NCBI GenBank assembly: GCA_038867615.1
Contig: JAWBYA010000003.1
Location: 32,001-96,000, forward strand
DNA: 64,000 nt
Origin: Sulfolobales archaeon
GTDB lineage: Archaea; Thermoproteota; Thermoprotei_A; Sulfolobales; AG1
Reading direction: 5' to 3'
The notes under the pieces were generated by a model that saw nothing but the letters and a program-made list of their open reading frames with translations, was not told where the DNA came from and made no database searches. Below are positions 1-9,811 of the stretch, one piece after another (the first letter of the stretch is position 1; each line of letters opens with the position of its first letter). A program made the translations under genes and the position numbers.

Positions 1-164
1 GGCTTATCCAGGTTAATAACCCCTAGCTCTAGATGCATTCTAGCCGGTCTCTCCCACGGATAGGTGCCATATTCTGCCTCTTCCTCCTCATGCCTCACAA
101 GATATTCGCTAGCAATACCTCCTCTCACGTCAAGCATCTTTATAAACTCCAAACCTTTACCCAT
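1..164 (-). CDS. cbf5: H/ACA RNA-guided pseudouridine synthase Cbf5, N-terminal part (runs off the window)
   Basis: Manual translation MGKGLEFIKMLDVRGG...EYGTYPWERPARMHLELGVINLDKP; PWERP...GVINLDKP is the archaeal Cbf5 N-terminal signature. Not in the ORF track. Confidence 0.9.
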   Translation of the reverse strand, partial: MGKGLEFIKMLDVRGGIASEYLVRHEEEEAEYGTYPWERPARMHLELGVINLDK

Positions 165-227
165 CCGTCTTTCGCCACACACCGAATGATTCTAGTAGGT
201 TGTCTAGATAGACTATCAATAGACCCT

Positions 228-938
228 CTACGCCCTTCTTCTCCAGACAGCATATACCATTGCATGATCTTTGTCGAAAGGCTCTAGATGAACCACATCG
301 AGAATCTCAAACCCGTTGTCTCTGAGAATATCTATCTCCCTCTTATAAACCTCGCTAGGCTCCATCGTGACATCTATGCTTCTCGCCTTAACAGCCATAA
401 GCAGGTATCCATTATCCTTGAGGAAGAACCGCGCGTTCTCAGAAACTATTGCCGCCTGATCCGGCTGGGCTATGTCGGCATACAATAGATCTACAGTCTC
501 AACAATATTCTTATATTTATATGGCATCCTAGCGTCGCCCAATATAGGAATCAGGTTACCCCTATCTTCAGCAACCACCAGCAGCTCCCTCATAACCCTT
601 GGAGCGAACTCAACCGCATACACAATACCATCCATCCCAACTATATCAGATACATGGCTAGGCGTGGTTCCAGAACCAGCCCCCAGGTAGAGAACCTTTG
701 AACCCCTAGTCACGGGGTTTTCTTTCAAACCCTTCAACAGAGCTCCCGCAAGCTTGCTCCTATAAGCATTCCACTCCCTATATTCCGTGTTACCCTGTCT
801 AAAGAGTCTCTCACCATATACCCTCTTCCCTGGAACTAAGTTCTTAGTGGCAAGCCTTGCGGATCCGTCTTCAAATTCTACAACATATACCTCCTTGTAG
901 TTCGGATGCTCATAGATCCTAACAGGCTCTGACATCAC
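228..938 (-). CDS. flpA: Fibrillarin, box C/D 2'-O-methyltransferase
   Basis: YREWNAYRSKLAGA, VLYLGAGSGTTPSHVSD, DIAQPDQA, KARSID motifs. Confidence 0.98.
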   Translation of the reverse strand: MMSEPVRIYEHPNYKEVYVVEFEDGSARLATKNLVPGKRVYGERLFRQGNTEYREWNAYRSKLAGALLKGLKENPVTRGSKVLYLGAGSGTTPSHVSDIVGMDGIVYAVEFAPRVMRELLVVAEDRGNLIPILGDARMPYKYKNIVETVDLLYADIAQPDQAAIVSENARFFLKDNGYLLMAVKARSIDVTMEPSEVYKREIDILRDNGFEILDVVHLEPFDKDHAMVYAVWRRRA

Positions 939-1023
939 ATCTCACCCCCATATAATTGATAAGCTAAGGGATATTTTCTACTGTTCTGACTTAGCATTAT
1001 AGAGCCAATACCATATCCTACCT

Positions 1024-1325
1024 TTCCGTTTGTCTCTGGATGTTTTTTCTGATCATTTATTATTCATGGTTTTATCTAGGGGTTTTGCCTCTGCCCTCAG
1101 GGTCTCTAATCCTGCTGGGTCGTGGGTAACCATCAAGTCAAACAACACGCGGCTCCCATCTAGGGCTTGTGTGGAAAGATCCACACCGAGGGCAATACAT
1201 TTCAAGGACTATAAATACTCCTGGGCGTTGGTGCGGAAGCAGCCTCCATACATTGTCCCAATGCACATGAACATTTCTAAAACCTATTAACCATCCCTCT
1301 GCATATCAAAAAGAAAACAGCCCTC
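1024..1325 (-). mobile_element. Non-autonomous TnpB-associated element remnant (omegaRNA-like), copy 1
   Basis: 1024-1200 is identical to 4787-4964 except one T in a T-run; ATATCAAAAAGAAAACA also shared further out; minus strand has a YCPRCG fragment, stem-loops and an ...ACAAACGG end. Confidence 0.6.
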
Positions 1326-1505
1326 ATAGAATTGCTTTGAAAAGAATGTGCGACGCTTACATATGTGTCTTCAGATCTAATATGACATTACGTTCTCCAT
1401 CCCCTTTGCCGTAGCCAGCTGTTTTGGATCTTATAAACACTGGTTTTCTATGCAGTAATTATTTGATAGTTGCTGGACTATACTAACCTGGCTATAAACT
1501 TACCG

Positions 1506-2741
1506 CTAGGTGGAAGAGGTTTCCGAACCCCTCTTGGGTTTTTTCCTCCTACCCCTCGGAGCCCTCTCCTCTTTAGGCGGTGGTTTTGCGTAGAGCTCTT
1601 TTATCTCGTTTATCCTTTCGAAGAGCATTTTCTTCAGCTTATCTCCAATGAATCTTCCTGTGAAGAAATCAACCCTAGCTGCTATAGCTAGTTTCGTTGC
1701 AAGAGCTCTGGCTATCTTACCCCTCTGCCACCTGGGGGATCTATGTATTTCTGCAAACTGGAATATAACACCGTGTTTCGGGGGTTTAGCCCCTGTTCTG
1801 AGCGCTCTGAATAGAGCTTTCTCAGCACCCAGCACCTGGATCGTGCTTGCAGGCATCTTAGCAAGCTCTTCGAGGCTGCCTGCAAGGCTTAATAGTCTCG
1901 CCCCTAGAAGTGGTCCCACAAGCTCTGTCACGTTGGGCGCTATTTCTTTCATAACATGTGAGTTGTATTCTGTGAGATAGTTTCTAAGCTCGTTCAACTC
2001 GATCATGATCCTGGCTAGTGTCTGTATGGGTTTAAGATCGAACTCCGAGAGATCTGCCCCGATGCTCTTCTTAGAAGCACTGGCTATCCTCCTAGCAAGT
2101 GCCTCGCTAACACCCATAGCTCTTAGGCTTTCCTCACTTACCTGGGATCTATCGCCTATGCTGTTAACGATCTTTGCGTACAATATATGATCTCCTACTA
2201 TTTGATCCAGCTCGGGGAAGTGGACGCTATACCACTCCCTAAGCCTTGCAGCAAAGAGATTTATGGTTTTATCTATATCATCTATAGCCCTTATGCTCTG
2301 CACAGCCAGAAGATCTCTTTTAGCGGCGAACTTTCTGAGGCCTCTTCTAGCAAGCTCCATCGATACTGTATGAATATACCTTCTAGCCTCATCTATCTCT
2401 TTAAAAACGCCCAGCTTCATATATATTTCGAGAACACGGTCTCTAAACCCCGAGAAAACCTTATTATAGGCATCCACAGTAACCTCCAGCCCCTCCTCTG
2501 CCAATGCTTTAGCCGTTTCTGGATCCTCGACAGCTATGGAAGCATCTTTTAGATCCTCAGAAGATCTTATTCTATCCACTAGCTTTCTAAACGTCTCATC
2601 AAGTCTTCCCTCATTCCTTATCCATAGAGCCTCCACCAGAGTAGATATATCTCTAGGTCTAATCTCGCTTAATAATACCTCTCCGTTCTCATCAAGAAGG
2701 AAAACGCCTAAGAAATGCTCAGCTACGAACAATCTCCTCAT
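1506..2741 (-). CDS. nop5: Box C/D RNP scaffold Nop5 (Nop56/58)
   Basis: RLREWYSVHFPEL, PASTIQVLGAEKALF, PPKHGVIFQ, RGKIARALA. Confidence 0.98.
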   Translation of the reverse strand: MRRLFVAEHFLGVFLLDENGEVLLSEIRPRDISTLVEALWIRNEGRLDETFRKLVDRIRSSEDLKDASIAVEDPETAKALAEEGLEVTVDAYNKVFSGFRDRVLEIYMKLGVFKEIDEARRYIHTVSMELARRGLRKFAAKRDLLAVQSIRAIDDIDKTINLFAARLREWYSVHFPELDQIVGDHILYAKIVNSIGDRSQVSEESLRAMGVSEALARRIASASKKSIGADLSEFDLKPIQTLARIMIELNELRNYLTEYNSHVMKEIAPNVTELVGPLLGARLLSLAGSLEELAKMPASTIQVLGAEKALFRALRTGAKPPKHGVIFQFAEIHRSPRWQRGKIARALATKLAIAARVDFFTGRFIGDKLKKMLFERINEIKELYAKPPPKEERAPRGRRKKPKRGSETSST

Positions 2742-2967
2742 CGCTTCACCAAATGAGAGTATACTAGAGAAAAAATATATCCATGGCCATCTTAGTGTTT
2801 GTCAATGTCCAAAGCTTCAGAGGTTTCTCGTGCGATGCGATAGATACGGATGATCCTAAATCGAGTCTTTCTACTAAATATACGAGCATAGGTAGAAATC
2901 CCCGAGGCACAAAAACAAGAGCGACTGGGAATATGCGGAGATATGGTCTACTGGAGATATAAAATGC

Positions 2968-3786
2968 TCAGGATCTTTCTTTATCGTCTTTATAGTATAT
3001 ATAGTCTGTAAGTGAGAAGTGCCTGGTTTGCTTGAATGTCTTTGGATCTACATGTATAAATCCCTGTTTAATCAAGAGCTCTTTAGCCCTCTCACTAATC
3101 CCTGGCGATACTAGAACACCTATCACGCTCTTCCCTCGCTCTTCTCTAGTTCTTTTCATAACTGATTCTATATATTCCACATATCTGATCAGCTGGTTCA
3201 CGGCACTTAATCCAGCCTTTTCGTTCTTGATCTCAACAACATAGATCCTTCCCTCTTTATCCCTTAGAAGGAGATCTATCTTCCCGCTGGGCGTATCAAC
3301 CTCACGACCTATAACTGTGGCTCCAGGAACAACGAGGTTGGGGTTATTGTGTATAGCTTCCAAAATGTCCCTCTCCGTACCCCTTTTCTCTAAACCCGTA
3401 GTAGAAAGCCTAGACCAGATCGATGCCAAGATCTTCTTGAACCTTATCACAACCACCTCATAGCCATATTTCCTACTATTACACGTGATCACCAGTTGCC
3501 CTTCTACTGTTGAAGGAATACATAGAGACCCCGGTGGCTGCCAGTTCAAAGGCTCCCTGTCTCTTCCCTCATGAATGATCAATGTTCCGTCTGCCTTGTA
3601 GATAACAACCCTAACCCCCCATGGGGCTTTTGATGATGCCCTCCCCTCGTAGGTTATATCACACTCGCCTATTATGATCGATACATGTGTTTTTGAGTTC
3701 TTTAAAAAGAGATCTGCTATTCTCTCTATAGGCTCCCCAGGTCCCAGGATTATTACTTCTCTCTCCCAGCCTTCTGGAGAGCCCAT
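2968..3786 (-). CDS. nucs: Mismatch-specific endonuclease NucS/EndoMS
   Basis: YEGRASS, KADGTLIIH...PLNWQPPG, IDLL...VVEIK...AVNQLIRY PD-(D/E)XK motifs. Confidence 0.93.
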   Translation of the reverse strand: MGSPEGWEREVIILGPGEPIERIADLFLKNSKTHVSIIIGECDITYEGRASSKAPWGVRVVIYKADGTLIIHEGRDREPLNWQPPGSLCIPSTVEGQLVITCNSRKYGYEVVVIRFKKILASIWSRLSTTGLEKRGTERDILEAIHNNPNLVVPGATVIGREVDTPSGKIDLLLRDKEGRIYVVEIKNEKAGLSAVNQLIRYVEYIESVMKRTREERGKSVIGVLVSPGISERAKELLIKQGFIHVDPKTFKQTRHFSLTDYIYYKDDKERS

Positions 3787-4751
3787 AACGTATCCCTAAC
3801 CTTTCTCAATACCTCGTCGAGACTTCTCTGGGTTAATGTCACCGAGGCCGCTTCTCTGTGCCCACCGTATTTGCCGCTTCCCAGAGCCTCAATTATTGCT
3901 CGACAGTATTGAAGCGCCCTCCCCTCTATAGATCTTATTGTGATCACCACTTTTTTCTCCTCGTCCCTCACCATAACCACGTCTTTCTTCAGCTTCTTAC
4001 AAAGCTCGGTGGTTGCTATGCCGAAAAGACCTGCAAATAACCTTGACTCTGAGGGCTGAACGTGTGAGAGGATCACATTGCCTATAGCTTCTCCCTTATC
4101 CATGGCTTTTTCGATGAGCTTGTTAAGAAGGATCTTTCCAATATATGCTTTTTTCTCAAGCACACCTATACTTGCCAGATCCTTGTTAAGGACTATCGCG
4201 TTAAGCAATTCCCTCATGAAATCAAGATCGCTTGGATCTCTCGAGATAGCGAGCTTTATATTATCGGCCATGGTTTTTATCTCCTCATCCTCGCTATCTG
4301 TCCCTTCACACGAGTCGGCGATCCTAAGTAACATCTCCTCATAGCTATTCAGCGAGAGCTTCATTCTAGAAGCCATTAGATGTGGCGTTGACGGAGATCT
4401 ATCCCAGATAACCCTCAGCCCTAGTTCTCTCATCTTATTAACCCAGGGTTCTGTGGTTGCGTGATGATCTATGATCTGTACAGAGATACCCCTCATAACG
4501 GTATCAACTATCATTGAGAAAACCTCTCTATCTATAGCTATATCTATCAAGACCAGCTCTCCGCATATGTTTTCCTTACATAGCTTCTTTATCTCCTTCG
4601 AAGCCCTCCAAGGCTGAGTAAAGCCTAGAACTATCTCCGAAGGATACTGATCTCTTAAAAAATGCTTGATATAGAGGGCACCAGCTATAATACCATCACA
4701 ATCCCCATGCATTAAAACAGCGTGCTTCAATACATCCACCCCGATATCCAC
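3753..4751 (-). CDS. DHH/DHHA1 family phosphoesterase (RecJ/NrnA-like)
   Basis: HGDCDG, IDHH and GGHREAAS motifs. Confidence 0.85.
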   Translation of the reverse strand: MDIGVDVLKHAVLMHGDCDGIIAGALYIKHFLRDQYPSEIVLGFTQPWRASKEIKKLCKENICGELVLIDIAIDREVFSMIVDTVMRGISVQIIDHHATTEPWVNKMRELGLRVIWDRSPSTPHLMASRMKLSLNSYEEMLLRIADSCEGTDSEDEEIKTMADNIKLAISRDPSDLDFMRELLNAIVLNKDLASIGVLEKKAYIGKILLNKLIEKAMDKGEAIGNVILSHVQPSESRLFAGLFGIATTELCKKLKKDVVMVRDEEKKVVITIRSIEGRALQYCRAIIEALGSGKYGGHREAASVTLTQRSLDEVLRKVRDTLWALQKAGREK

Positions 4752-4786
4752 TCAATATACAGTTTATCCCTGAATATTTATCGATA

Positions 4787-5012
4787 TTCCGTTTGTCTCT
4801 GGATGTTTTTTTCTGATCATTTATTATTCATGGTTTTATCTAGGGGTTTTGCCTCTGCCCTCAGGGTCTCTAATCCTGCTGGGTCGTGGGTAACCATCAA
4901 GTCAAACAACACGCGGCTCCCATCTAGGGCTTGTGTGGAAAGATCCACACCGAGGGCAATACATCTCAAAGCCCATAAATACCTCCTACAAATATCAAAA
5001 AGAAAACATCCC
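4787..5012 (-). mobile_element. Non-autonomous TnpB-associated element remnant (omegaRNA-like), copy 2
   Basis: 178-bp core matches 1024-1200; upstream part is similar but lacks an ~75-bp block present in copy 1. Confidence 0.6.
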
Positions 5013-5199
5013 ATAATGAGTATTAATAGCTACCGCAGAAGAACTATATTGCATCATGAAAACACACACCGATAACAAGAAACAAAACCTAAGCTCACTG
5101 CTATGATGTTGTTTACTAGAATGTTTCATAAATAATTTATTATCTATTTAGCATAGTACATATTTATCAACCCACTTATAGATATTATGGGGAAAACAA

Positions 5200-6144
5200 A
5201 TGCCCCTTAAGCTGGACGACATAGCGTCGATAATTAGAGAAAACATAGCTAAGAAGGGAAATCCCATCGGCATAGATCCCGAGGTTTGTTCCTCATGGGC
5301 GAAAGACCTTGGTATCCCGAGAGAGAGCGATACGATCATATATACCTCATGCATGTACCAATCCGTACCATATCTGATCGAGCTTGTAAACATGTTAGAA
5401 AGGCTTGAGAAGGGGCCTAGGATATTCACATCGCTAGGAGTGATGCTAGCAAAAACAATAGACGTGACCAGCATAGCTGGAAAGCGTGGGGCTGATATGG
5501 AGAGGTTCAATAACATGATCAGGAACATAGCTATAGCGCTGAGAAAGCAGGGACTCAATATAGGCTACCTCTATGAGGAGGAGCCATATAGCGGCTCGCT
5601 TCTCTACGAGCTTGGTCTTGAGGATGATTTCACCGCACACGCTAAGAAGGTCTTCTCACTGTTTAGGGAGAGGGGTGTGAAGAAAATCATAGCCATAGAT
5701 CCCCACACCTACTACGTTCTCAGCAAAGTCTATCCAAAATATATAGATGGGTATGATATCCAGGTGATCCATTACATAGAAGTTCTGGATCCTTCAAAGC
5801 TTGGAAAGATCTCTGGAGAAGCTCCTAATATCGTGATACATGATCCGTGCCTGCTAGCCAGGTTTTCGAGAATCGTAGAACCCCAGAGGAATCTACTCAA
5901 ATCTATAGGAGTTAATGTGAAAGAGCCCCAGAGATCTGGGTTAAGAACAAGGTGTTGTGGAGGGCCTATAGAGGCTCTAAGCCCTACATTATCCAAGAGG
6001 ATCGGGGAACAGAGGGTGGAGGAGCTATCGCGATTAGAGAGGAATATAGTTGTTATGTGTCCAATATGCTTCTCCAATATCTCTAGGTTGGCTGAGAAAT
6101 ACGGCGCAAATGTTATGGATCTGTCAGAGTTTATCCACCAATAA
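5200..6144 (+). CDS. CCG-domain Fe-S protein (HdrB/GlpC-like)
   Basis: HDPC...RCCGG...MCPIC cysteine-rich CCG motif. Confidence 0.85.
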   Translation: MPLKLDDIASIIRENIAKKGNPIGIDPEVCSSWAKDLGIPRESDTIIYTSCMYQSVPYLIELVNMLERLEKGPRIFTSLGVMLAKTIDVTSIAGKRGADMERFNNMIRNIAIALRKQGLNIGYLYEEEPYSGSLLYELGLEDDFTAHAKKVFSLFRERGVKKIIAIDPHTYYVLSKVYPKYIDGYDIQVIHYIEVLDPSKLGKISGEAPNIVIHDPCLLARFSRIVEPQRNLLKSIGVNVKEPQRSGLRTRCCGGPIEALSPTLSKRIGEQRVEELSRLERNIVVMCPICFSNISRLAEKYGANVMDLSEFIHQ

Positions 6145-6244
6145 AACTATATAACGGTACTTCACCAGGGATTCACGCGATCTTTAAGCAGAAGGTAACA
6201 GTCCCTATGACTCTTCCTATCTATATACATTGCATGCTATGATG

Positions 6245-6676
6245 CTATTTCCTAAAAAGGGATATTATACCTATATACGGAATCTTTATAACAGAACCAC
6301 CAACCGATACGACCTTACCTACAATACTTTCAAAAGGAATTCCTGGAAGCCCTGGTGCAGAAGGATCTGGAACTAGGTTGTTATCACCCTTAGTTATGAA
6401 ATACGTATTGCCACCCACGTTTATAATATTTATAACCCTATGGATTATATACCTACCGCTTGCGCTCTTATAGACAACAACGTCTCCTACGCTTATCTCT
6501 AAAGGATCTTTCACGGGGATTATAATGACCAGATCCCCAGTGCTTAATATAGGCTCCATGCTAACACCGCTAACAACAGCAATATAGCTCTGTCCGGATA
6601 CTGCTGAGACTATGTTGATGAGCAACAGACCTATTACAACAATCCATAGGAGTATGGTTGAAACGCTAACCCTCAT
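6245..6676 (-). CDS. Signal peptidase I (archaeal Sec11 type)
   Basis: N-terminal TM, VVSGVSMEP, IIHRV, TKGDNN. Confidence 0.93.
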   Translation of the reverse strand: MRVSVSTILLWIVVIGLLLINIVSAVSGQSYIAVVSGVSMEPILSTGDLVIIIPVKDPLEISVGDVVVYKSASGRYIIHRVINIINVGGNTYFITKGDNNLVPDPSAPGLPGIPFESIVGKVVSVGGSVIKIPYIGIISLFRK

Positions 6677-6990
6677 TCTTCTTCCCGTTCTAGCTCGCTG
6701 AGATCTATCTCTATAACCTTGCCCCTCTTCTCTTCGCCCAGCTCAACCTTCTTACCCTCTCCACGACCCTCTATCTCTATATCAGAACCTCCCGTTCTGA
6801 TCTTGCTAACAACAGCACGCCACGAGTAACCACAATTAGGACAACTATAAGAACCCATAACGGTTATCGTAATCCTACCCCTAGCATCCGGTAGTGGTGA
6901 CACAACCTGCCACGTCTTGCTAGGCTTTAAATCCCGTGTACCGCAGTTGGGACATACGCCGGGATCCTGAGCCCTACCCCTCCGAGACAG
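6673..6990 (-). CDS. Zinc-ribbon Cren7-like protein with acidic tail (probable CTG start)
   Basis: Frame is open 29 codons upstream of the listed ORF: (M)SRRGRAQDPGVCPNCGTRDLKPSKTWQVVSPLPDARGRITITVMGSYSCPNCG; two CPNCG knuckles. Confidence 0.75.
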   Translation of the reverse strand: MSRRGRAQDPGVCPNCGTRDLKPSKTWQVVSPLPDARGRITITVMGSYSCPNCGYSWRAVVSKIRTGGSDIEIEGRGEGKKVELGEEKRGKVIEIDLSELEREEE

Positions 6991-7163
6991 TTTCTATCCC
7001 TATACACAGTTATAGTTGGGAGGATAATAACAACACATCGCTTCTACACAGCACATTACATACATATATCCTAGCAGTCTTGACATATAAGTCTAAATAG
7101 AACACGCTTGAGGGTTAAGAGACTATCAAAGGCTGGTAGAGATGTACAAAAGAAACACATAGC

Positions 7164-8231
7164 TTAGGAATTTGTTAATAGCAATAGATATATCCTCGTA
7201 AGACCTCCATGGATGTGTTGCGATGACACCGACACAATTTTATATTTTTCCCAACCTTGTAAGAGATCCCTGACACGCCTCAGCTGCTCCAAGGATATAG
7301 AGATCAGAAGCGCGGATCTCTCCGGAAGGATACCCGCAATATTCTGTAAAAATCTAACCGGTATCTCTAGGTAATCCTCACCAACAGACCTGCTCCTCCT
7401 ACCGTATGGAAGATCCGATACTACTAGATCTATACAGCCAGGTCTAAGAGGAGGATTCAGAGCATCAGCCACGATCACTTCGGAGAGGCAGGGTTTACTG
7501 AGAGCTCCTAGCTTTTGCTTCATATATGTGGCTTTCTTAACATCTATATCTCCTCCTATAATCATTAATGATCCATCATAGCCACAGATCTTCTCGAGAA
7601 TCTTGCCATAGCCACAGAAGGGATCATATATAGTCCTCTTATTACTTCCAAGGCTAACAGCAACATTGGCTAGGAACAATATATCTGTGTCTTTCATATA
7701 CCCTGTTCTATCACCCCGCCCCTTACCTGCTCTCCTAGCTATGGGTATTGCTATGACGAGCATACTTCCCAGTATGATCGTTATAGTGCACGATAAACCA
7801 ACTAGATCATTGAGGCTGTTGTTGCTATGGGAGAGGCGTGTCTTTTCTCTCATATACTTGATAATCAGTCCATAATCGATCTCAGCCCTCTTCCTTCCAA
7901 GATTATAGATCCTCAGTTCTATTTTTCTACAACATTTGCCGAGGATCTCATTAGCGGCTATTAGTATCTCTCTATATATCTGCGTAGATCCCATCCTAAG
8001 ACTTGCTCTACGCACCACAAGCCCGAATTCCTTTATAAAGGAGAACTTCAATACGGAATCTTCAATACCCCGCCCGGCCCTGAAGATCACCAAGCCAGGC
8101 TCGCTATAGGATATAGTTACATCGCTATCAACGCTTCTTAACACCATCACGGCTTCTGTTAATGATAGTTCCGGGTGTTCCTGTGATAGGAGTAGATAGT
8201 ACTCCCTATACATCCCATCACGCAGAAGCAT
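7164..8231 (-). CDS. SAM-dependent RNA methyltransferase, Trm11/THUMP-associated-like, divergent
   Basis: YDPFCGYG motif I, DLPYGRRS motif IV, HIHGGLTR C-terminus. Confidence 0.75.
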   Translation of the reverse strand: MLLRDGMYREYYLLLSQEHPELSLTEAVMVLRSVDSDVTISYSEPGLVIFRAGRGIEDSVLKFSFIKEFGLVVRRASLRMGSTQIYREILIAANEILGKCCRKIELRIYNLGRKRAEIDYGLIIKYMREKTRLSHSNNSLNDLVGLSCTITIILGSMLVIAIPIARRAGKGRGDRTGYMKDTDILFLANVAVSLGSNKRTIYDPFCGYGKILEKICGYDGSLMIIGGDIDVKKATYMKQKLGALSKPCLSEVIVADALNPPLRPGCIDLVVSDLPYGRRSRSVGEDYLEIPVRFLQNIAGILPERSALLISISLEQLRRVRDLLQGWEKYKIVSVSSQHIHGGLTRIYLLLLTNS

Positions 8232-8754
8232 AGAGATAAGCCATACCTATTCAATGCTTATCACACAACCTATTTATCGTTTTATCACCATATCTTTAAC
8301 CCACCACACAACAAGCATGCTTCTCTACAATGCAAGCCAACGCTGGTGATACTAGTATCCTCGCACAACGCTTCGAGAAAATTACACGGACTATTCTTGA
8401 AAGCGGTGCTCCAAGCAACCAGAAGAACAATCCATCAAACCTAGATAAAACCCCAGTCAACCGAACTTAACGCTACCCAAAACCATTAGAGACCACAAGA
8501 TCCTGGCAAGCTATATAGAAGTCCTTGGGCATGAGAGAACTCCAAAGAACATGGAAACATTGAGGAACAAACAGCCACGCCTAATTTGCAATGCCATGGT
8601 ATAGTTTAGATAAAGTGGTTCGGAGCTTGAGACAAAAAGCGAGTTGTTAATACTATACTATTGCTATTACACACTATTTGACACTTCCAGGCCGGGTCGT
8701 TTTACACGTGTGTCGGCTTTTTATCTAGATCTACATAAAGTTGGAGTGGTGTTG

Positions 8755-9036
8755 ATGACTATGGGCGATGGTGGTGTAGTAGCATTGATCATGGTGAGAG
8801 AGTATGGAGATAAAACCTATGAGGTTAGGTTTGCTCTATATAGATCTGGAGGTGCTCTTATCAAAGAGGAGACCTATTCAGGGGCTAGATCTATTAATAT
8901 AGATGCTAACGTGGATATAGTGAAGATCGGCCATAGAGAGCTTTACTTAGTCTCTAAGGAAGAGATAGAAATATCTATGGATCCTAGCAAAAGGACTATC
9001 AGCATGGTTAAAAGAGCCGTTCCGACCCAGCATTAG
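8755..9036 (+). CDS. Hypothetical protein
   Basis: Protein-like ORF with GGTG upstream of the start; no recognised motif. Confidence 0.6.
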   Translation: MTMGDGGVVALIMVREYGDKTYEVRFALYRSGGALIKEETYSGARSINIDANVDIVKIGHRELYLVSKEEIEISMDPSKRTISMVKRAVPTQH

Positions 9037-9244
9037 TTTTCGTAATGCTAAGCCCTCTCCTTTTCATGGAGACTCTGCATGAACAGCCAGGAGAACGTGG
9101 ATCATAAACACTCCATATCTCTTCGAGTTTAACCTCCATATATAAGTTCTGAGCCCTTGCATCGGATAGACTATAAAAACCAGGCAATAAAATTAATGAT
9201 AGGCGAAAACCTTCCCAGAACCTTTATATCACTAGAGCAGGGCG

Positions 9245-9805
9245 ATGAAGATGCACGCTAGATATCTATTCATAGTGGCTAATGATAAGGACTATAAACC
9301 GCAGGATAGGGAGCATCTACTCAAAACCCTGAGGAGGTTTTTTACAGCCCCAAACATTAGGATCGGCTCTAAACATATAGAGATAGAGGTATGGGATCCG
9401 GATCTATCGAGTATTAGGGGGATTATAGAGGAGAATGTTGGGAGGATCGTTGAGTGGAAGCCTATAGACGCTGTTGAGAGTAACTATATAGGAGACGAGG
9501 ATCTCGTAGAGGCATATGTAGCTCTCTTTAACCAGGAGAGATTCTGGGAAGCTCATGGAGCGCTTGAGACGCTCTGGAGAAGATCTGGTGATAGGAATGC
9601 TCAGGGCTTGATACTTGTTGCTGCCGCCTTCATAAAGATCCAGGAGAACAAGGAGAACGAGTTCATCAGTATTGCTAAAAGAGCTCTCGAGATGCTTAAA
9701 GGCACCAGTTACTTCTGCATAGATCTTGGCGAGGTTAGAGAAAAGCTCTCCTCATCTTTAGAGAGTAAGAAGCCTTTCAAAATAGAATGCACTCCTCAGA
9801 GATAG
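9245..9805 (+). CDS. DUF309 family protein
   Basis: LFNQERFWEAHGALETLW...QGLILVAAA. Confidence 0.85.
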   Translation: MKMHARYLFIVANDKDYKPQDREHLLKTLRRFFTAPNIRIGSKHIEIEVWDPDLSSIRGIIEENVGRIVEWKPIDAVESNYIGDEDLVEAYVALFNQERFWEAHGALETLWRRSGDRNAQGLILVAAAFIKIQENKENEFISIAKRALEMLKGTSYFCIDLGEVREKLSSSLESKKPFKIECTPQR

Positions 9806-9811
9806 CCCTTA

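Noticed and set aside
1024-4964. Repeat considered as a CRISPR or other array
   Set aside because: Only two long dispersed copies; no repeat-spacer periodicity or cas genes in the window
1030-5075. ORFs 1030..1290, 4722..5075 and 4817..5014
   Set aside because: Frames crossing the repeat element; they differ between copies because of the T-run indel
8280-8640. Long intergenic gap with AAACCTAGATAAAACC resembling part of the repeat element
   Set aside because: Match too short to call an element
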